From assembly GCA_947246355.1 (NCBI GenBank), contig CAMXQX010000001.1, forward strand, positions 1-63,544: DNA of 63,544 bases, written 5' to 3'. Source of the DNA: an uncultured Bacillota bacterium. Lineage in GTDB: Bacteria > Bacillota_I > Bacilli_A > RF39 > UBA660. This document shows, one piece after another, positions 58,677 through 63,544 of the stretch. The notes under the pieces are model-generated. The model worked only from the letters and a program-made list of their open reading frames with translations. It ran no database searches and had not been told where the DNA came from. A program made the position numbers and the translations under genes. Each line of letters starts with the position of its first letter. Positions within the stretch are counted from its first letter, which is position 1.

Positions 58677-59174
58677 CTATGCTTTTTGCTTTTCTAAATA
58701 TTGAAAACAATCTTCCACCATTCTTGCATGTTTGTAATGGAATTGATTTTCTTGAATGAGTTTTAAAACCATATCTTTAGAAGCAAACATATAATCTGCT
58801 ACTTCTTCCTGTTGTAACTGAATCTCTTCTTTTAAAATAGAGGCTTTTGCATAATAGAAATCAACAAATTTATGTTTTGTTTGGATGGTTTTAAATTTCT
58901 TGATTAACTCTTTTGGAATACAAATTCCCATCTCTTCTCTCATTTCTTCCATCATTCCCTCTAAAGAAGTTTCTCACCTTTTAGGATGCCCAGAAATGAC
59001 TCCCCAAAGTCCACCTTTATCAACTGTCCTTTTTTGAAGCAAAAAGGTACCATCGCTATTTTCTAAAACAATCAAAACACTTACATAATACATTCCGTCT
59101 TGCGGTTTTTCGCCTTTTTGTATCACTTGGTTTAAAGGTCGCCTTTTATTATCGTATAAATCTCTATATTCCAT
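58677..59174 (-). pseudogene. NUDIX hydrolase interrupted by an in-frame TGA inside the Nudix box
   Basis: The 66-aa and 92-aa ORFs are in the same frame. Reading through the TGA at 58974..58976 gives GHPKR*ETSLEGMMEEMREEMGI, which fits GX5EX7REUXEEXGU. The stop sits at the position usually occupied by Gly (GGA). Confidence 0.75.
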
Positions 59175-59181
59175 AAGACAC

Positions 59182-59682
59182 CTATATGATACATTCTATA
59201 AGGATATTTAGGAAAAACAAAATGATAAAAATAACGTTTAAATACCTACATCCTTTGGTATGTTTTTGATACAAACGATAAAGATTTGGAAGCAAAAGAT
59301 AGAAAAAGAAAAGTCCTACTAAGCCAAATAAAATTCCCATCGAAAGACAAATCCGACCCTCAAAATTCAGAAACATATGGGAGTAATCCCATAGACGATG
59401 ATGAAAAAATTCTTCAGAAATATAGGCACTCACATATTCTACAACCAAAGAGATAACAACAATCGAAAGAAAATTTTTGAGTAACTTGTCGTCTTTTTTT
59501 AGAAAAAGAGCCATCAAAACAGAAGCAACGCCGTAAATAGGGCACCACATACCACAAAGCGTTCCTGGATTGACCCATTTTTGATGAATCAGTAGTTGAA
59601 AGAATACTTCCCCTACCCAGCCCAACATAGAGGTTACAAAAAACAAATAAATCATTTTGTGTAAATCAAACTTCTTTTCCAT
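59182..59682 (-). CDS. Polytopic membrane protein (tentatively the 'putative ABC-transporter type IV'/CmpB-like family)
   Basis: 166 aa with 4-5 TM segments and motif MLGWVGEVFF...GMWCPIYGVASV. Family assignment is from memory only. Confidence 0.55.
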   Translation of the reverse strand: MEKKFDLHKMIYLFFVTSMLGWVGEVFFQLLIHQKWVNPGTLCGMWCPIYGVASVLMALFLKKDDKLLKNFLSIVVISLVVEYVSAYISEEFFHHRLWDYSHMFLNFEGRICLSMGILFGLVGLFFFYLLLPNLYRLYQKHTKGCRYLNVIFIILFFLNILIECII

Positions 59683-59775
59683 ACAACATACCTCAAATTT
59701 ATCTTATTTTAACACAATTTCTTTTCTTTTTCAATGGACATTTCTATCGTTTTATAGAAAAGAAAAAAGGAAGTT

Positions 59776-61092
59776 TTATTCTTTCCTTTTGCACCGTATT
59801 GTATAATAGGTATATTGATAATTTCCCTTCTCTATTTCTTCTAGCATTTGTATCTTGTTCTTTTCTTCTTCGTTGAAATTTTGGTACCACGAATAAACTT
59901 CTATATTGGTATATCCTGCTTCCAATAATATTTTTTCGATATCTTGTAGTGTAAAAAAATTAAAATGATTCTCCTCTTTTTTATAAAATTTTCCTTGCAT
60001 GATAGATAAAATGTTTTTCACACTTGCCATATTTTCTATTTCTAAAAGAAGACTCCCCTCTTTTTTTAAGTAAGGCTTTATTTTACGCAAAAAAGAAATG
60101 GGATAACGAACTATTTTTAAAAAATCACCAATTAAAATGGTATCGTATGTTCTTTTCACACTTTTTAAATTAGGATAGGTACAAAAAGAAGTAGAAGCAA
60201 TCTTTCGCATAGAAGGGTCGTATTCTACGCCTTCTACGATTTTTGGTCTTATTTTATAGGCAATTTCTTTTAAAGTAACGCCAATACCACAATGGATTTC
60301 CAGTACACTTGTACATGGGTTTATCATTGGATAAGAGGCGGATTTTCGCTCGTCAAATGCAAAAGCAGAAAATCCCCACTTTTTTTGAAAGTATGCTCGA
60401 TTTTTATATAAAACAGGATAAAACTGGCTTAAATCTTTTCTGAAAGTAGTCCCTAAATGATGATGAATAAACGTATCATGGCATAATACTAATTTATAAC
60501 CTAATTTTAAAATGCGAAGAGATACATCGTTATCCTCAACATACCCCGGTGTGTATCCTTCATCCAAACCTTGTAGTTGATTCATCACTTCTCGTTTGAT
60601 GAGTAAACAATATCCTATCAAAAAAATTTTTTCTTCCCATTTTTCTTTATCTAAGTGGTTGTTTTCTAAGGCAAGTTTTTGCATTTCCTCTAAACTCTCA
60701 TATGTAAAAGAAACCCCTTGCCTATTTTCATGTTGGTTGCAAACGGGTCCAACTGCTCCTATTTTCACATCACTATAAAGACACGTCCTTAAATTCGTAA
60801 GCCAGTTTTTCGTTACGACTGTATCGTTATTTAAAAGCAAAATGTCATTTTCTTGGTTTGCTAAAGCAATCCCTTGATTACATCCCTTTGGAAATCCCAC
60901 ATTTTCTTCATTCAAAATGGTTTTTATATGGGGATACTTTAAAAGATACTCTCTTGTCCCATCGGTCGATGCATTATCCACGACGATGAGTTCATAAGTA
61001 CCTTCTTCTGTATACGTATAAATACTTTCTATACAAGATTTTGTATATTCTAAATTGTTATATGTAAGTACAATTATGGATGTTTTTCTCAT
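59776..61092 (-). CDS. Family 2 glycosyltransferase fused to a C-terminal class I SAM methyltransferase-like domain
   Basis: 438 aa. N-terminal GT-A fold (SIIVLTYNNLEYT...VVDNASTDGT...LLLNNDT...VEDND). C-terminal domain has VLEIHCGIGV (SAM motif I-like) and ILIGDFL...LKKEGSLLLE. Confidence 0.8.
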   Translation of the reverse strand: MRKTSIIVLTYNNLEYTKSCIESIYTYTEEGTYELIVVDNASTDGTREYLLKYPHIKTILNEENVGFPKGCNQGIALANQENDILLLNNDTVVTKNWLTNLRTCLYSDVKIGAVGPVCNQHENRQGVSFTYESLEEMQKLALENNHLDKEKWEEKIFLIGYCLLIKREVMNQLQGLDEGYTPGYVEDNDVSLRILKLGYKLVLCHDTFIHHHLGTTFRKDLSQFYPVLYKNRAYFQKKWGFSAFAFDERKSASYPMINPCTSVLEIHCGIGVTLKEIAYKIRPKIVEGVEYDPSMRKIASTSFCTYPNLKSVKRTYDTILIGDFLKIVRYPISFLRKIKPYLKKEGSLLLEIENMASVKNILSIMQGKFYKKEENHFNFFTLQDIEKILLEAGYTNIEVYSWYQNFNEEEKNKIQMLEEIEKGNYQYTYYTIRCKRKE

Positions 61093-61107
61093 ACTTTCCT
61101 CCTCTAT

Positions 61108-61455
61108 TTATCTTATGAAAAGGAAAAGAAAAAAGTCATGCCTTCTAGCAAAGACATCACCTGTTTCTCTTTTTAATTTTATCCATCTTTTCCTTGTTTT
61201 TACCTTTATAAAGTTTTCTCTCTCTTTTTCTTGTTGGTAGATTTCTAAATGAAAAATAGCAGGATTTTCTGCCATAGACTGCCTTTTGATTTCTTCTAAA
61301 CGACGGATAGGATCTTGTTTTTCCCATTCGATTACCATTTGCACTTTCCCATTTTCCATTTGGTAATCATAGCGATAAAGTGGTTTTTCTCCATCCATCC
61401 ATGGCTCTAGTACTGGTAAAATGGATTCTACATAGGTCTTTCCACTAGCATCCAT
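61108..61455 (-). CDS. Hypothetical protein (possible gene remnant)
   Basis: 115-aa ORF with no convincing RBS and an odd basic/hydrophobic tail (..RRHDFFLFLFIR). An in-frame stop lies 12 codons upstream of the ATG. Confidence 0.35.
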   Translation of the reverse strand: MDASGKTYVESILPVLEPWMDGEKPLYRYDYQMENGKVQMVIEWEKQDPIRRLEEIKRQSMAENPAIFHLEIYQQEKERENFIKVKTRKRWIKLKRETGDVFARRHDFFLFLFIR

Positions 61456-61545
61456 GATAACAGTAAGCGAATCATTTGGTTTAAAATATCACATTTGTTT
61501 GTATTTGCAAAGAAAAAAAGAAAAATTTGTTCTCTTTCCTTTCCA

Positions 61546-61983
61546 TTACAAATATTTTTTTAAATTTTCTATCTGTTTTTCTTGAAATTTTAAAAAATCT
61601 TTTGCCAAATGAATTGCCTCTTTGTTCGCTTCTTTTTCATAGTCTTTGATTTTAGTATTCATCCCTAATGAACCCATGGTAAGCCCTTCTATCAACATTT
61701 TCGCAATGGCACTGTCCGAATTGTCCATCATTACTTCTTTTTGAATTCCCATCTTGGCCATCATTTTTGCCATAAAGCCTTCTTCACTGCATTCCTCATT
61801 TTCTTTTTTTAGCATTTTTTTAGCTTTTCGTTCAAATTCTTGGTATTCTTTTAGAATGTCTTCTAAGCAACCCTTAATTTTGTTGTCCTTTTCTTTTAGA
61901 GCATCCACTAATTTTTTACATGTAAGACTTCCCATACTTGCATCTTTATAAATATGTTCTACAAGTTCATTTTTTTCTTTCAT
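61546..61983 (-). CDS. Hypothetical helical protein
   Basis: 145-aa ORF with an AGGGAGGA RBS, predicted all-helical. No family recognised. Confidence 0.55.
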   Translation of the reverse strand: MKEKNELVEHIYKDASMGSLTCKKLVDALKEKDNKIKGCLEDILKEYQEFERKAKKMLKKENEECSEEGFMAKMMAKMGIQKEVMMDNSDSAIAKMLIEGLTMGSLGMNTKIKDYEKEANKEAIHLAKDFLKFQEKQIENLKKYL

Positions 61984-62028
61984 AAATTCCTCCCTTATTA
62001 CTATAAAACAAATGGATAAATTTATACG

Positions 62029-62406
62029 TTAACTAAAAGCAATTTCTGTATCAATATCTTCATCTGCAAAAGCAATGATTAAAAAAAGCACACCACTAAT
62101 TAAAATGAGAATAGAGCCAATAAAGGAAGCATAGGTAAGTGTCTTTTTCTTATTAGAATCAAAGACATTTAGTTTTTGGACATCTTCATAACTATCCTTC
62201 GTAAAATAAAGATAAATAAAAAGAAGGATAGTAAAAATAAGGATGAGCAAATTACGGTATTCTTTCTTACTTTTTAAATTGTTGTATAAAAAATACTCTT
62301 TTTCTTTTTTATTGGCATACCAACTTAAAAGAATAATTCCAATATAAATGACCCATATAAAATTCTCTATTCTAATTTCTTTTAATCTCTCTAGTCTCTC
62401 ATCCAT
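62029..62406 (-). CDS. Hypothetical membrane protein (3 TM)
   Basis: 125-aa ORF with three hydrophobic helices. Confidence 0.55.
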   Translation of the reverse strand: MDERLERLKEIRIENFIWVIYIGIILLSWYANKKEKEYFLYNNLKSKKEYRNLLILIFTILLFIYLYFTKDSYEDVQKLNVFDSNKKKTLTYASFIGSILILISGVLFLIIAFADEDIDTEIAFS

Positions 62407-62472
62407 AGTACATTCTATGAATTTTTATTGTTTTTACTTCTAAAATAATAACGAAAAAAGTTGATTTTCTTG

Positions 62473-63135
62473 CTACTTCGACAAATAATACTTCACTCTA
62501 TTTTTAAATTCAAGCAAGCGATTGTTTCTCAAAATAGACTGGGGGCAATCTTTTCCACTAAAGTCATGATGGGTTTTTAAACTATCTAAATTGAGATGAT
62601 AACTTTTTAATAGGTAAGCCACGAGTTTGGCTCCGTTTTCAAATGTTGCCTCAAAATCTCCATCTTGATTCACACAAAGTTCAATTCCAATCCCATAGGT
62701 ATTTCCAACATCATCTTTGGCATGATGGGCCACCTCATCATCTGGAATATGATGGTATATTTCATGATCATCCACTGTATAATGCCAAGACGTTGCACTA
62801 TCATTATTGTATTTTAAATAATGAGCATGATTTTTGGCTCCCACCCCTTTTTCAAAATTATCAGTTTCATGAAGAACAATATATTTAATAATTCTTTTCG
62901 TTGTAGGTCTAGCACTCGTATTTTCCTCAATTAAATCGGTGTAGACAGGGACCTCATAGACACTTTCTGGAAAAACAGAAGCTTGGTAGGTATAACGTGC
63001 TTGAAATCCCCCTTTTTTCTTCTTTTTCAGTCCTTGAAAACTAAAGAAGAATATACTTCCTAATAGAAAAAAAGCGCATAGCAAAACACATATTCTTTTA
63101 AACATTTTTTTTAGTTTCCTTTTTCTTTTTACCAC
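62473..63135 (-). CDS. N-acetylmuramoyl-L-alanine amidase (Amidase_2/PGRP type) with an N-terminal membrane anchor
   Basis: 220 aa: IVLHETDN...SWHYTVDD...AHHA...GIGIELC...THHDFSGKDCP (zinc amidase_2 motifs). Confidence 0.85.
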   Translation of the reverse strand: MVKRKRKLKKMFKRICVLLCAFFLLGSIFFFSFQGLKKKKKGGFQARYTYQASVFPESVYEVPVYTDLIEENTSARPTTKRIIKYIVLHETDNFEKGVGAKNHAHYLKYNNDSATSWHYTVDDHEIYHHIPDDEVAHHAKDDVGNTYGIGIELCVNQDGDFEATFENGAKLVAYLLKSYHLNLDSLKTHHDFSGKDCPQSILRNNRLLEFKNRVKYYLSK

Positions 63136-63226
63136 TTTACTGCTCCTTTATTTTGAAAGATACATTTTTCTCTATCTATTCTATGCCTCTATTTTAAAAT
63201 TTTTTTAAGAATTGCGCAAGAGCATC

Positions 63227-63255
63227 TTGTCAAGTACAAGTAAATATGGTATATT
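63227..63255 (+). promoter_or_regulatory. Sigma-A promoter of tRNA-Met
   Basis: TTGTCA-17 nt-TATATT with an extended -10 TG (TGgTATATT), about 20 nt upstream of the tRNA 5' end. Confidence 0.7.
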
Positions 63256-63276
63256 GTTATTGTTTCTAATTGATAT

Positions 63277-63353
63277 GGCGATGTAGCTCAGTTGGCTAGA
63301 GCGTTCGGTTCATACCCGAAAGGTCGTGGGTTCGACCCCCTCCATCGCTACCA
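63277..63353 (+). tRNA. tRNA-Met (CAU), elongator type
   Basis: A 77-nt cloverleaf folded by hand. Acceptor stem GGCGATG/CATCGCT, anticodon stem TTCGG/CCGAA with loop TTCATAC (CAT at 63311..63313), T-loop GGTTCGA, and an encoded CCA. It lacks initiator features (no 3 G-C pairs in the anticodon stem, and position 1-72 is paired). It closely resembles the B. subtilis elongator tRNA-Met as I recall it. Confidence 0.9.
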
Positions 63354-63394
63354 TTAAAGAAACCCTGTTCGAAACTACTCGAACTTTCAAATAG

Positions 63395-63421
63395 AAGACT
63401 TATCAAAAGTCTTTTTTTTTA
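63395..63421 (+). terminator. Rho-independent terminator after tRNA-Met
   Basis: AAGACTT-ATCAA-AAGTCTT followed by a T run. Confidence 0.7.
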
Positions 63422-63544
63422 TTGAATTGTGCCATAGTTTTGTGCCATAACTGATGTTTCATCGCTATTTTTGACATTGTTTTGGAGTTCTGCAAATACA
63501 TTAACACTTGCTTTTTTATTACTCTCTAGTACATGTGTATAAAT

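Noticed and set aside
58974-58976. Possibility that TGA is reassigned (genetic code 4 or 25), prompted by the in-frame TGA in the Nudix gene.
   Set aside because: TGA terminates several conserved full-length genes at the expected position, for example addB at 3047..3049 and rnfA at 15504..15506. All housekeeping proteins also translate at full length under the standard code.
63421-63544. Possible start of an integrated element (integrase) immediately 3' of tRNA-Met.
   Set aside because: Only ~120 nt remain in the window. The short minus-strand reading frame ending here shows no tyrosine-recombinase motifs, and no attachment-site repeat of the tRNA 3' end is visible.

Overview
Low-GC chromosomal segment, about 30% GC by eye, from a spore-forming Firmicute (spoIVB and cotE are present). 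The gene content looks Erysipelotrichia- or Clostridia-like, but I cannot assign a species. Nearly all genes are on the minus strand; only three CDS are on plus. Most of the window is housekeeping: addAB, spoIVB, xseAB-nusB, frr, tsf, rpsB, an rnf operon, rpsP-khpA, cotE, mtaB, rsmE, truB, obg, rplU-prp-rpmA, eno, murD, pheST behind a Phe T-box, a truncated dcw cluster (mraZ-rsmH-ftsL-pbp), tig, greA, the yrr-type block (U32 pair, trmR, mltG, DUF1292, ruvX), tcdA, and a tRNA-Met. No CRISPR array, rRNA, transposase, integrase or recognisable defence gene is visible.

Observations worth a second look:
1. Two ~190-bp inverted repeats with a conserved double-hairpin core bracket a 4.7-kb eno/murD/csp/Nudix segment. 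Four phased TTTACTAC-N3-TTTACTAC boxes lie in the same region.
2. The Rnf operon has an atypical layout: a RnfD-RnfG fusion, a 93-aa minimal RnfB, and an untracked 34-aa Cys-rich membrane ORF between rnfA and rnfB.
3. A translationally coupled pair of unknown genes is inserted inside the otherwise syntenic trmR / U32 block.
4. A 181-aa internally duplicated protein sits where pyrH is expected.
5. An orphan 408-aa prepilin-like gene is the last gene of the mraZ operon.
6. Two genes are interrupted: murD by a homopolymer frameshift, and a Nudix gene by an in-frame TGA at a conserved Nudix-box Gly.

All calls come from reading the sequence and ORF translations. No database search was possible, so novelty cannot be asserted, only flagged.
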